NCBI GenBank assembly: GCA_951406725.2
Contig: OX597821.1
Coordinates: 38,254,001-38,318,000 of the forward strand
Reading direction: 5' to 3'
Origin: Octopus vulgaris
Taxonomy: Eukaryota
DNA: 64,000 nucleotides
Within the stretch, counting starts at the first letter, position 1. Each line of letters starts with the position of its first letter. Both the position numbers and the translations under genes were made by a program. Below are positions 40,203-54,665 of the stretch, piece after piece. Under the pieces are notes generated by a model. That model made no database searches. It saw nothing but the letters and a program-made list of their open reading frames with translations, and was not told the origin of the DNA.

Positions 40203-41019
40203 TACATACACGTATATATCTTTATATGTGTGCATAAATATGTGCATCTATATAAATCTATATTTACGTATACATTTCGCCATGAGTGTATTAATTTACA
40301 TTTACTCATAAGATTGTTGTGCATGTGTGTTTGTGTGCTTTACAAAGCAGAGTGCGTGTATGTATATTTGTGTGCGGGGTGAGGTGGGTGATGATGTGTA
40401 TATGTGTGTGCGAAGCCGAAAGAAAAGATGCGAGCATCGAGTGCGATATATCGACAGCCAGCTTTGTGTACACATATAAACCTGCTCCAATATATGAAAA
40501 TATACACGGAAATAAGCAAATCTGCTTATACAAATATATACTTATACATTTCGATAAATGCGCCTACTTTAGAGTCCTATGCACTCATAAATGCGAATTT
40601 ACACCTAAATACACATACATGCAAATAGAGATATCTAGACAGTAATGAAATGGTATATACGGACGTAAGATTGCGCGCACACACAGATATATCCATAGAT
40701 ACGCACAGTCAGTTGTGTGTACATAGGCGCACTGAGTTGCCGTAAGTTACTTTTCTCTATCAGAGAAGCTAATTATTTAGTTTGCCACGAGAAATGGTTT
40801 CGCGAGAAGTAAGCGTGTGGAAGCTAATGGCTTCTTTAGGTACTATTTAAGGAAACGCGAGAATGTGTGTGTGCTATATTATGAATGATGATATTATTAT
40901 CATTATATGTATAAGTGTATGTTTGTGTGTCTATATGTATGTGTGAATATATATATACATATATATATGTGTGTATATATATATATATATGTGTGTATAT
41001 ATATACATATATATATGTG

Positions 41020-41056
<37 letters not shown>

Positions 41057-41111
41057 ATATATATGTGTGTGTATAAATATGTATGTATATATATATATAT
41101 ATATATATGTC

Positions 41112-41173
41112 ATCAAAATAAGCAACAAGAATGACTCCAAATTACCGGAGTCATTCGTGTTGCTTATTTTGAT
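41112..41173. repeat. 27-bp near-perfect inverted repeat (hairpin, 8-nt loop)
   Basis: ATCAAAATAAGCAACA-A-GAATGACTCC / GGAGTCATTC-G-TGTTGCTTATTTTGAT, one mismatch. Confidence 0.92.
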
Positions 41174-41639
41174 TATAATCACCCCACGGATTTTTATGGA
41201 TAACACCATACATCTAAATTAAGTACCATATTCATTTGAATCTAAATTTTTGCTATATATATGTATGTATAAAAATGTATATATATATGTATGTATATAC
41301 ATGTATGTATATAGGTGTATGTGTATATATATATGTATATATGTGTGTATATATATGTGTATATTTGTGTGTGTGTGTGTCTATGTATGTATATTTGTGT
41401 GTGTGTGTGTCTATGTATGTATATGTATGTATGTATGTATATGTATGTATATATACACATATATCTATATATACATGTATATATATGCATATATATATGT
41501 GTGTATGTGTATATGTATATATATATATATGTATATGTGTGTATATATGTATATTTATATATAATTAATACTTTTTGCAGCCATAAATTTTCGTCCACCT
41601 TAAAATTCTGTCGGAATAAAAAGTTGTAATTAAATCCTT

Positions 41640-42000
41640 TAGTTCTTACAGGGAATTTAAACCATCGTGGTTGAATTTAATTTAATACAGCCATTTATAT
41701 AGTTGATAATTTCTTCCTTTTCTTTTAAGTAATTTTTGAATATTTGGGCTGGTCTGAGCATGATTTCTTAAATAAGTAACCATGCAATATTGCATCAGGT
41801 TTGGTTAAAGAAATCTCCCCTTGGTATGTGATGTTTTTTTTTATTTTTCCCCCGATGTAGGAGTAATTATCGTGATGCACCCTCGTGCACTAAATACGGT
41901 AATGAACCCCTGAAATGGCCATAGGGAATGTAAATATGGTTTCTTCTTTTTTGCTTGGACGCTGGCTTTTCATAATGGGTTTTCCCTTATCTTAAAAAGT
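41640..42000 (-). mobile_element. Possible Penelope-like GIY-YIG relic
   Basis: Minus strand reads VHYRI*CTRVHHDNYSYIGG, like V.Y.I.C..C...YIG. Heavily degraded. Confidence 0.3.
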
Positions 42001-42475
42001 AATTTTTAATCGAAAAAATTTCTGAACGATGAACTTTTATCTTACCTTATATATATTTATGTTTCCTATTTATATATATATATATGTATTTTTACATTTT
42101 TATATATGTCTTTATATATTTATTCTAGATGTTATAATGTTAAAATATATATATTTTTTAGTCGCTAAAGTATTAGTTTTTAATTGCAATAGACTATACT
42201 CACACAGTTCTCTTATATGCTTGTATTAATGAATTATGTTTCATCTTCTGTGATTTTATGCATCTATATTCTATGTGTAAGAAAAAGCATTATGTGATTA
42301 AATGTTCGAGATGTGATCTATTACGTGGATGACCTTATATAGATAGTTATAAATATATATATGTACTTATATGTATGTATATCTATGTATACATACGCAT
42401 GTAAGTATATATATATATATATGTACGTCCTCGAATGTAGACATCTAGAATATCTGCTTAATTTAATTCCGCTAA

Positions 42476-42690
42476 AAGGTGGTGAACTGGACGACTCGTT
42501 AGCACACCGGGCAAAATACTTTACGGTATTTCGTTCGTTTTTTACATTCTGAATTCAAATTCCGCTGAGATCGACTTTGCTTTTCATCCTATCGGTGTAG
42601 ATAAATTAAATACCAGTTACACACTGAGGTCGATGTAATCGGTTATCCCCCCCTGCCCCAAGAAATCAGGACTTGTGCTTTTATTAGAAA
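42476..42690 (+). mobile_element. SINE family B, near full length, about 130 bp upstream of the last PTP exon
   Basis: AAGGTGGTGAACTGG..GTTAGCACACCGGGCAAAATACTT..TTCAAATTCCGCTGAGATCGACTTTGC. Confidence 0.8.
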
Positions 42691-42821
42691 TTATTTATTT
42701 AACTCCACATTTTAGTAAATTGAATTCAATTATTTATTCGTACTACAATCAATATAATGTCTACGAAATCTTTTCCAACAGCTGTAATGTAATTATATAT
42801 TTCTTTTTTTTTCTTTTTCAG

Positions 42822-42890
42822 GAGCAGTTTCGATTCTGTCACGACGTAGCCTTGGAATACATACAAGATTGTTATCCAAACTACACGTGA
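42822..42890 (+). CDS. Receptor-type PTP terminal coding exon
   Basis: Strong TTCTTTTTCAG acceptor, phase 0. Translates EQFRFCHDVALEYIQDCYPNYT-TGA, matching the PTP C-terminal EQY.F.Y...LEY helix. Confidence 0.92.
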   Translation, partial: EQFRFCHDVALEYIQDCYPNYT

Positions 42891-45286
42891 CTCTGGCCTC
42901 AATAAAGAGTAACTCTGCTTCCTCTCTTCCCGCGCTTCTTCCAAGATGACTGAAAAAGGTTTATGCTGCTGAGAAATAATGGAAAACTGAATAAAAAGTG
43001 TATCTAATCTAAAACAATACCAATTACATTTTTATGCAACAAGCCTTCCTATAGACAGTAAAAGGACATATGACAACAATCAAAATAAGTATTACAACAA
43101 TATTGTTGTGATATTTTCCTCTGGGACAGAAAGGAAATTAATATACATATTCAAATTGAAGAAAGAATATTATTTGACAATATTATGAAATATGTTTTTT
43201 TTTCTAACAAGTTTAATAATGCTTTCTTTTTCTACCAAAGGACCACATTTAGAGTGATTAGATTCAATGGAATCCACTATAAGACCAAAATTTATATTGC
43301 TTCATCGTAAGTAGCATTCATCCTACACATAAATAGCAGGAGACCAATATTTATTACTTTCTCATTGAAATAATTTATCATCTGTTAAAAAAAACAAAAA
43401 CTAATTAACAAAACAAACCAAAATAATATAAAATTAGAATGATGAAAAGTCACGAAAGCAGCAAGTTTATTTGTACTAATTTTAAATCGATTACATTTTA
43501 TTCGAAATGCTAGTAAATCCCACCCAGTTCTGTAAAAAGAAAATTCTAAAAAAACCGCAAAGCTTGTTTTCCCGACCACCATCACCAACAAGAAGTGTGA
43601 CATGAATAAAAGTTGAAGGAAGAGCAACGTTGAGTTTGTGTTGGATGTATCTCTCTCCAAAACTTTCCAATGTTGGACATCAGTTGCAAGAGCGCACAAA
43701 ATATTGAGGAAAGCCAAACGTTTATATCAGTCCATGTGTGATTAAAAATACATCAACAAACAAATACATTAAAGAATTGGTGGTGATCAGGGTTATGATG
43801 ATGATGATGTATGTCGTTAACGATGAAATTTGCTTCACAAGAATGTTATGACAATGTTGATGGCGATGATGATGGTGATGATGATGACAGACAATAATAA
43901 TAATTTCTTATATCTTTTTAAATTTTATTTTGCTGAAAGATAATGAAAATTGAGTTACGTTTATGATTTTTCTTCCCAACGAATCGAGCTAGCAACTTAT
44001 GATATTCACAGATCTGTCTGTCTGTCTCTCTCTTTAGTTAATACGAAATATTTTCATGAAAGTAAAACGTTACGTTTCCTGAAATATTTGTAACACTTTC
44101 AATAATAGTAGACACGTTAAAAAAGGATCTGTTAAATAAGAACATACCTTTACCTGTTAAACTTGCTTAAGGAAAGGTATTATTATTATCATTTGTATTG
44201 TTCCCTTGATAACCTTGAGTGATTAATTTTTACATGTTTTTGTTTTTGTCACTGAATTATAGTTACACAAAGGTTTCCTTAAATTCAGGTTTTTCTGAAT
44301 ACTTATATAATGGCATCACCAGCATCACATTTCTCCCACATCACCCTTCACACACGCACTCACACATACATCCTACATATCACATGCGTATTCAATCATA
44401 TACATGTAGAAATACTTAGAAACGTAATGAAAATCATAGCACAATGATGGAATATATATATATATATATACACATGTGTATAAATATATGTATATCTATC
44501 TATATGCATGGGACTATCTGATACGAGTGTGTGTGACCGTTGATACACACATGTTGACACTCAAAAACAGTGTATGGATGTGTCTAATACTAAATATATT
44601 ATTTCTGCTTGATAATATTTTAAAGTCTATTCATTTTGTTTTGTCGAGCTCTTATGAATAAACAAATTAAAAAGACATTATGTGAACATAGAAACAGGTA
44701 TTAAGAACAAAAGAAGGTCATACCAAAATAGTTTCAAATTCCTTCAAATATTGTGATAGCAGGTAACTAGCCTCTAGAACATAGACATCTGTTTATGCTT
44801 CTTCTTCTTCTAGTTGTGACTACAAAAATAAACATTTTACAAGTTTATTCATCTCTTCCGTTCGTAAACAGATCACACGCTCGCACATATACGCATATAT
44901 CTACATATACTTGTATAATTGCATGTGCTTGATTTTGTCTGTGTGTATAGGAGCAAATGTAAGGATAAGCAAGTCGATGTACAAAAAAACTATTAAATGC
45001 ATTTAGTACAATGCATATAAAAAAAGTCCGACTTGCACAGTATAGAAATGATATCAGGAATTAAAGGGAATTTGATCTCTTACTCAACTCTTAATAATCA
45101 CTTATATTCTATGTAAGCCGGACATTTCTTATATGTATACATATGTACGTTTTTTGTATTAAACATATTTAATATTTTTGTATATCGACTCGCCCATCCT
45201 TACGTTTATTCCTCTACCTGCTCGAGCACTACAAAAGCTTGCTCTATACAGAGAATACGTGTCTAATCTATAAACTATACAGACAT

Positions 45287-45324
<38 letters not shown>

Positions 45325-46179
45325 GAATAGATAGCTAGGTAGGTATAGCAATGTTCGTATGTATTCAGTAAGAGATAGGCAGAGAGAATGGGAATTCTAT
45401 GTAGAAATGAACGGAAAGTGCACGCAATACTTCCTATAAAATTTTTACTTTTATGACGATAATAAATAATTAACAGTATGTAATTGAAAGCCACCCCACA
45501 TCACCACATGGTCTGTGATATCACAGATGTCTTTCATGTATCACAATTCAAATACTTGTCACTATCGAATCCAGTTTTATTGGTTGTTTGCATGAGAGCT
45601 TTCAGAGTTGAAGTTTGATTAGGGTTTGAAAAGCGTTGCAGTTTGGACGTAAGACGGGCTGCAATAGTTCTATGGAGTCTCACCAGCCACTAACTATATT
45701 CATCATTATGGGCGGTGTCTGGTGTTTTGCCAATTTTGGGAATTTGCATAATTCAGATCGAAGTGTTAAACGGCTAACATACATCTTCGACATGTGATAA
45801 CGCTTAGATTTTACCTCGGATGTACAGCTGAATTGTGTCAATAACTGAAACTTTCCTGAATAAAATGGAGCTTACTCTTTCTTCACTCCAGAATATGGGA
45901 AATCTGTCAACAATATTTCATGTTATAACATGGCGTTTATATAAATATATATATACACCTATATATGTGTCTGCGTAAATGTGTACATATACACACAAAC
46001 ATATATGTCCATACACGTATGTACGTACATGTATGTCATATATATGTTTGTTTCCTATGTGATATACCAAAAGGTTTTAGCCGTCATTGCGTTCGGAAAT
46101 TGAATAAATTCACTAAATACAAAAAAATAGACGTAATCACCTGTCATGTTTATAGAATCTCACTTCAGACAGTATATGT

Positions 46180-46269
<90 letters not shown>

Positions 46270-46323
46270 ATTGAAAAACAAGAAAAGGAAAAGCAAAAAG
46301 AAAAATATATATTATATATGTAT

Positions 46324-46354
<31 letters not shown>

Positions 46355-47315
46355 AACACACGCATCTCTATACATATGTTATATGCATAGATATATGTAT
46401 GTATATATTATAGATATATTTCTATATATATTATATACACGTATATACATATATATATTTCTATATAAATATATACACGTATATATATACACACACATAT
46501 ATATATATATACATGCACATGGTGACGCACACTCATATATGCTTATGTATATAAAACTTCCCAGATTGTTTCTCTGAATTTCTTGGTGCTGATCTTCGAC
46601 GGAAAATGAAGTATTTGTATTAATATGATGATAATGAAGAATTTATTATAAGCGCATATCCTCAACTAGTTCTAAGGAGTTTGTCCACTTAATGATATTG
46701 GTAAAGTTTTGGAGATATAGGATAATGTTGGGTAATTCGAGTAATTGTTTGCAGAAGTATTACAATATGTAGAAAATATAAAATAATATAGAAATAAATT
46801 TTGGAAAATAAATGACGTTTCTGGATATTTCAGAGAACGCAATATAAATATTTCTAAATTGTTTTATTTACCAATAAATTCTTAAATAAATGCGTTACGG
46901 AAGAGCAAAGAAAGAATGGCGAAAGAAAATGAAGGAAATTTGAATGATATTGAAAGGTCGCCAATGGAGGTAAATCTGGTGACACAGAAATATAACGTAT
47001 TTATTTATACACGTAATTTATATTTTCTGCAAATTTTTATATTTATGCTAATAGTTATTAAGTTTAACTAACAATATATTGAATTTCCAGGGCTGCAAAA
47101 GAGCCTCATTGAAGAGTGTGTGTGTGTGTTTGTCAAAAAATTCCAAAAAGTGATTTCATAGATTCGTATTGTACTATTAAATTCCACTTTTCATTCAAAG
47201 ATCAGCAACATTAAAACCAGAGTAAGAACTTGTGAAGATTTCAAGTTCAAAGCTAATCTAGAATTTCAATTTTAGCATTCATTACAATATATATAACACT
47301 TAATTACACACACAC

Positions 47316-47361
<46 letters not shown>

Positions 47362-47877
47362 ATATATATATATGTGTGTGCGTGTATGTCCATCGGTGTG
47401 ACTATGCATAGCTCACATATATCAACGTATACATACATATATATACATAACATACGTTTGTAATGGTGTCTATAAATGTATGTTGAAAGATATATATTTG
47501 AAAGTGCGTGTATGTAAATTTTATATGTGTGTGCATATATATATACTAATTTATGTATATACACATATTTACATATATACGTATGCTGATCATGTGTATG
47601 TGTGTGCTAGTGTATCCGTGTATATGTGTGTATATATTATATGTAAATATATTGAAGAAGCGTATAGATACTGAAACACGTATATTTAAATATATAAATA
47701 CATTAATATATATATTTTCATATACGAACACAAATGGGTGTATACATGCCTCTATGTGTGTGTATTTATATCTGCTTATACATGTATATATTCCTGTATG
47801 CTCATGAAAATACGAATATATTTACATATTCATACCTAACTAGATATTGGACATATATATTTCAGATATGAACGTCA

Positions 47878-47924
<47 letters not shown>

Positions 47925-49254
47925 TAAGTGGAATGTTGACAGATAAATATATATCCGAAGCAATCAAATGCATAGAAGTATGCATAAACCATGAATATTG
48001 TCGCTTGTTGTGTTTAAACATCTGTTGTGTATAGAAGTTGATATTACAGATATGCCTTATCATTATTAATTATTTGTTAAGTTTTCTAACTGAATACATA
48101 TTCATATCTATATGTGTGTATATGCATGCATGTACGTATACATATATATTCACACCGATATATGTGTATATATTATCTTCGGATATGCATATATATATAT
48201 AATACTCACATATGCATTATATGCATTCGTGTGTGCATATAAACAAGGTGAAGTTTCTTACCCCTGACTGCAAGTGTTTTCTTCTTCCAGTGACCACACC
48301 CCTTGTTATTATTTGTTTCGTTGTTTTGGTTGATGATTCTCTCTCTTAATTGCTTCAGTTCTTCACTTGTTTCATTCATCATCAAAATCATGATTCGAAG
48401 CGAGTCTGAGAAAGCCTCTTGGGTGATATCTAGTAAAGTTTTTATCAAGTGAAAGCCGGGTATGTCCGAAAGGAAATCGATACATGAACCACATTGACAC
48501 ATCTACTGATTGATGGTATCAATACATTGTTGCCAAACACAAAACTGATCGGATGATTTCAAAATGAAAACTAAAACAAACAAAAAAAAAAGAAAGAAAA
48601 AGTTAAATAAAATTAAAAAAAAAAATGAAATAATTACAATATTACAAATAACATTATTAATAATAACAATAACTATAATACAAGAAATATTTTTTGTTGA
48701 GAATGTTTTCCTTACAAACATGTTATATACGTTCTTGATATACCACGCATGCATTTCATTGAATGTACACCATACAACAGAATAATATTATATTCATTTT
48801 GTCAAAATGAAATAAAGATTAACAAATACAAAATTAAGAAACAAATCTATAAATTTTGTTATCTTGTCTTTTTCTAAGATTAAATATTTTGCAGAACAGC
48901 TTTATGTGTGCGCGTGTGTGTACTTTATATATGTATAGTGAAGGCTCATGGCTCAGTGGTTATAGTATTCGGCACGCGATCGTAAAGTCATGAGTTCGAT
49001 TTTATGGTGCTCCAGTCCACTCTGCTGTACCTGTATTTCATAGGTACATTGTTGCTTTTCGAACTGGTGTCGCTAACAACGAAATTTATTTCGCTTACCG
49101 GATAATTGTTACACCAGTGATTCTTTTTCAGCCCCTGTTTTGCTGTAGCAGTTACAGCCGAACTTTTGAGCACGAGCCTGCTACAGGATACTTACTGATC
49201 ATGAAGAAAAAATAATACAGAAAAAATAAGTACAGAAATTAGAAATACGCTGTT

Positions 49255-49416
49255 AGGCGTAGGAGTGGATGTGCGGTAAGTAGCTTGCTTACCAAACACG
49301 TGGTTCCGGGTTCAATCCCACTGAGTGGTACCTTGGACAAGTATCTTCTACTATAGCCTCGGGTCAACCAAAGCCTTGTGAGTGGATTTGGTAGACGGAA
49401 ACTGAAAGAAGCCCGT

Positions 49417-49467
<51 letters not shown>

Positions 49468-49676
49468 ATACGTTTGTGTGTGTGTGCTTACCCCGCCCAA
49501 CATCGCTTGACAACCGATGATGATGTGTTATGTCCCCGTAACTTAGCGGTTCAGTGAAGAGACCGACAGAATAAGTACTAGATTTACAAAGAATGTCCTG
49601 GGGTCGATTTTCTCGACTAAAGGTGATGCTCCAGCATGGCCACAGTGAAATGACTGAAAAACAAGTAAAAGAGTAA
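49255..49676 (+). mobile_element. SINE family A
   Basis: Colinear with 49835-50243 and with the reverse complement of 7175-7583. Confidence 0.88.
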
Positions 49677-49834
49677 CTAATCATTATATTCCACTCGCCG
49701 ATTAATTGCCAAACGAGTCGTTTTTTTTTAATTCCCTTTTTCACTGTATTAGTAGTAGCTGCTTCTCTTTCTCATCACAAAGATACCAAAGAGGATGCTT
49801 GCCACGAAGACAACGGAAGCAGATTTACGTGTTC

Positions 49835-50243
49835 AGGTGCAGGAGTGGCTGTGTGGTAAGTAGCTTGTTTACCAACCACATGGCTCTGGGTTCATTCCCA
49901 CTGCATGGCACTTTGGGCAAGTGTCTTCTACTATAGCCTCGGGCCGACCAAAGCCTTGTGAGAGGATTTTGGTAGACGGAAACTGAAAGAAGCTCGTCGT
50001 ATATATGTATATATATACGTTTATATATGTGTGCGTGTATGTTTGTGTTTGTCCCCCTAGCATTGCTTGACAACCGATGCTGATGTGTTTATGTCCCCGT
50101 CACTTAGCGGTTCGGCAAAAGAGACCGATAGAATAAGTACTGGGCTTACAAAGAATAAGTCCCGGGGTCGAATTGCTCGATTAAAGGCGGTGCTCCAGCA
50201 TGGCCGCAGTCAAATGACTGAAACAAATAAAAGAGTAAAAGAG
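49835..50243 (+). mobile_element. SINE family A
   Basis: Head GGAGTGGCTGTGTGGTAAGTAGCTTG..GGGTTCATTCCC; tail GGCGGTGCTCCAGCATGGCCGCAGTCAAATGACTGAAAC plus AAAAGAG repeats. Confidence 0.9.
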
Positions 50244-52369
50244 CTGTGAAACTTGAGTTGCCGGATGATTTTCGTTTGCTACATGTATAACTACTTTTTT
50301 TTTATATATTATACAACTATAGGAGTTATTTTCTGGAAACGAATACCGCAGTTTATAAGACACTCAACGATGTATCAGCTTTAAGTATGGTACAGACATA
50401 TCTTGTTTTAACTAATAATGTTTGTGTCGCTAGTAACGTATTTTTATTAAACTTGTGCGTAATTGCCAACACCCGTGATTTTTCAGACATTTATTTACTA
50501 TGTCAGTTATAATCAAATTTGTTTAAGCTTGCGTGTGCCAGTGGCTACGTGCTACTGATGAAGCCAAGGGAAACAAACAAATATCGAGAAATGCCATCAA
50601 TAATACTCGATAATTTTGGCTTGTTATTGATATATTTCTGTGTATTGACACAGAAAATATATCATTGAGAGAACAGTCCCAACTCCGATCGCCAGTTGAG
50701 GATTAAACATGAAAAAGAAGACACATTTTGCATTTTTTTAAGCTAACAACAATTCTTTATTTCTATTCCCGGCTATTGACAACACCAGTGATTACTCAAT
50801 TATCGTAATACTATAGCAGTAATTGCCAATTATTTTTAGTATGCCGATATTAACTACTGGCGAAGCCCCCACTACAAAGTGACAACATATGTATTTAGCA
50901 GTGCTTAAGAATTTTCATTTGCAGTTGTTTTCTATCTTTGTAACACTATGCATCCATACCAGATGGTTTCTTGAGACGATTACTGCAGTTAACGAAGAAT
51001 CCACGATATATTGAATTTAAGTATGAGACACAGATTACTTTTTTGAACGAGTACTTATTTTATCACTAATGACGAAATTTGATTGTTCTCGCCGGCTAAT
51101 TGCGAAACCAGTTATCTGCTCATCAATCTTTTACGGTTTGAGTTGTAGTAACATTTTTCTTAGTGTGTCTATGTATGCGTTTGTGAGTGTGTGTGTATAT
51201 ATGCGAATGTGTGTGTGTGTGACTGCGAATGCATGTATCTATATTAGTGGCGTTATGTTCATGTCAAAGGTGGAGATTCTGTGATGTCTTGGGGTGTTAG
51301 GTTTGTGAAATGGATCGCAGAGGTGAGAAGCGTTTGGGCAATAAATTTGGTGATATGGAAGGGAAGAATATGAGAAAGATGAGTTTGCACATAGTGGAGG
51401 GCACACGCTATTAGTTTCAATGTGTGGTTGTAAGGGGCAGAGATGATAGAGGGGTTGATAGTCTTTTTAATAGCTTCTGCCTTAGAGAGACCAGTCCGAC
51501 ATACCACCACAGGCCTCACATTCATACATGATGAGAGTCAAATTTAGCGACCACATTTTAGCTTCCCAAAATAAATAAGAAAGAAAGAAAAGTCTGTCTA
51601 AAGACAAGAGGACACGTATTTCTGCCTCAATAGGCGTTTCGCACACACAGACACATATTCAAATTAGTAAAGCCAAATATACTGTATATAATGTGTGTGT
51701 ATGTGTGTACGTGCACGTGCGTATGTGTCTGTGTGTGAGTACGTGTGTGTGTGTGTGAGTGTGTGTGTCTGTGTTAGAACCCATCATAAAATGTTCACTT
51801 TCGGAATGTTGAAGTATTGCTTCACCTTCACACAGTCGGCGCTAAGTTCTCTTAGCTCTCTCTCTCTCTCTCCAATAAGTGATTCTCCTTCCATATATAA
51901 CGTGATAATAGGACACAGTTTCATGACTGTTGAAATATTACACAACGGCAAGCACACATCGCATCTGCATTTAAGAGGCGTGATATTTTCTTCTTTCTTC
52001 ACAAAATACGACTTCTGACCAAAGAATATATTAGGAAATCTTGGAAACTGTCAATAGATATAAAGTTTTCTTTCTAAACTTTCTGGTTTGTGTCGGCATC
52101 ACGTACTTTGACGAAGTTTCTAATAAGTAAGTGAGAAGTGTCTATTGTTGATAGTTTGTCAGCCATGTTAAATATGATACTCAAGTCTTTGTGTAGCGAA
52201 AACATCCTCTTAGGTTATGATCTCTTATCAAGATTTCTGTCCTTCAGTCTTTGAGATGGCAGCAACTCATACTATTGTTATAAATGTTTTTAAATATAAT
52301 GCAAAGACGAACACTTTTCTTTTTGCAATAAAACTTCTGTTTCTATAATATATTATTTAGATTCTATTT

Positions 52370-54340
52370 GTCGAGGAGCGGTGGCACTGCTGAAAGAAAT
52401 AGGACCCAAACAAGAGACATCAAACAGAAATGTTTAGGGCCATACACTACTGATCATAGATTTCAAAATTTTGGCTAAGGTGGCGCTTGTCGTGGAGGAA
52501 CTGAATGATGACGCGCAAATGTGCATAATCCCAAGCAGATCAATCCACAACAACCTCCACTTCATGCAATGCATTACAGACAGGGTGAATAAATAAACTG
52601 GCATGGGTGGGGCCATGACTAATTTGGATCAGTCGAAAGCCTTCGAAATGGTCGACATCAATACTTGGTGGTCGTTCTCACGACAGTCGGTTTCGGTCCT
52701 GTTTTCCGTGGCTGAATCGCTACAATCTACATCGACATCTGCTCGGTTGCTCGGGCGGATTGTTACCTATCGGAATCATTCAGCATTATGCGTTCAGTTC
52801 CTCAAGGGTGTCCGTTTCCATCTCTTTGGTGTGTTCTGGATCTAGGATCACTACTGAGGAAATTTGAGGGATCGTGAGGCATCCCGCACGAACTAGCGCG
52901 TGGGAGAACCGTGTCGGCATACGAGGCGGTGACAGGAGCAAAAATTTACTAAGAAATATCAGTGGGCTTGCAGCTCGGCACTTGGAAAGGCACGTCTATG
53001 CAGAGTAATTTACATCGTGGGATGCTGGACGGAGTGATCAGTTAAATTGCTTGGGGTCTAGTTTGGTTCACACCTCCAGACGGTAAAGAGCTGCGACAAA
53101 GTAACGGGCGGGGTGGCCAATTTACCTCAGAGAAGGCTTCCCTCAAGGTTCGGGTAGAGTTAACGAATGCTTACATCGCCTCCGTCGTATATTACCACCT
53201 GACCATCTTTCTTTGCTCGAGATTACGTCTCAAAAAACTTGAGCGCGTATTCTTTAGAAGGGACGCGTTCCACTGGTCAGGCGCTCCATTTGCTGTCAAC
53301 ACCCACTGAATGGAGGACTGAGTATGTTGTAGCTGCTGATGCGCAGACATGCACTGAGGCTGCGATATCACCAGTGCTTCCTAGACGACGAGCAGGTGTG
53401 GCCACCGTTTGTCAGACAGGATTTTCTACATCTCGTCTCTTTGCAGTCCTGGATCAAGCGTAGATCGAGGCAGGATGCCTGGCACCTAGAGTGTGATCAG
53501 GCGCTCACAATCTTCTGCCAGTCGAGCAATACAGTCGGAATGCAACGACATTTTCAGGAAGAATCTGGGCGTCGACGAGAATGGGCTGGCTGGTCTATGC
53601 CACAGGACTTTCGGGCCATAGCATAAGGATAACTTCCAGAAATCCTTGACCTGGTAGTGCTACTAGGAGCGGGACATTGCCTGTCCGGAATAAACTCTAT
53701 AGGCATGGAAATGTCATTAGCCGGGCTTGTCCGAGGTGCACGCAGAGCGACGAAATTGTTCTGTACGCTCTCGTCCGGTACTCGAGCGTTGCTGACTTGT
53801 AGGTTTATGTCGAACACCTGCTGTCGCTTGTAGGACGGATCTGAGTCCATCGTGAAGGTCACTCCGCCGCCTTATTTTGGTCGAGAAGGGCAGACAGTGT
53901 TTCTTTGTCTGATGGCCTTAGCGAAAGAGGTTGTGTTGTGGACCAGGTCCAAAGGGCTGAAGCGAGATACTTTCCTCATTGGCCAAGCCGTCATCAACTT
54001 GTTCAAATTCCATTTGAAGAGAGGAATGCTGACTCGCAGCAATTTTGTTTAAAAGATGGATGAATGTAGCGCGAATGGGCCGAGTGAATGAGCCTACACT
54101 AAACATGTAACTCTAGATCAAGGGTAGGTGAAGAGGAGAAGGCACTTGTCTTAGAGGTCAGGGCGAACGTGATTTCGTGTGGGGGCCTCCACGAACAACC
54201 CTTGGAATTTTCTTGAGAATTTTAATTTTTAGAATTTTCATTGTTATTCTTTAAACGTTTCAATCCCATTCTTTTTGTATTATCTTGTACTCTCCCCAAA
54301 CTTACGTGAACACTCAGTGGATAAAAGATTATTATTATTA
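52370..54340 (+). mobile_element. Degraded Tx1/L1-clade LINE
   Basis: TLLIIDFKILAK, IIPSRSIHNNLH, LDQSKAF, VKLLG remnants; higher GC than the flanks; ends in (ATT)n. Confidence 0.75.
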
Positions 54341-54665
54341 TTTTGGTTAAATCTTTAGGTAATAATCCTTCCTTCTATAGGCGCAAAGGTTGAAATTTGC
54401 GGGGACGCAGAACTTGACCGGTACTTATTTCATCGACCCTGAAAAGATGGCAAACCCAGCTTTGGCACAATTTGAAATCATGGTCTTCAGAAAATATCGC
54501 TATTTTATTTTATTTTAATTTACATGTAAAAAATTGCTTTTAAATTCTACGAAAACAACGCAGTTATTCATGGGTTTTAGTCTTATGAATAATTTTCTTC
54601 ACGAAAATATTTTACTCATTTAAATATTAAAGTGTGTCTAAGTGTTGGCAAACGTATTGTATTCG

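Noticed and set aside
50552-50585. CTGATGAAGCCAAGGGAAAC hammerhead-like core
   Set aside because: Stem II is marginal and no stem I or III partner follows; at best a decayed remnant.
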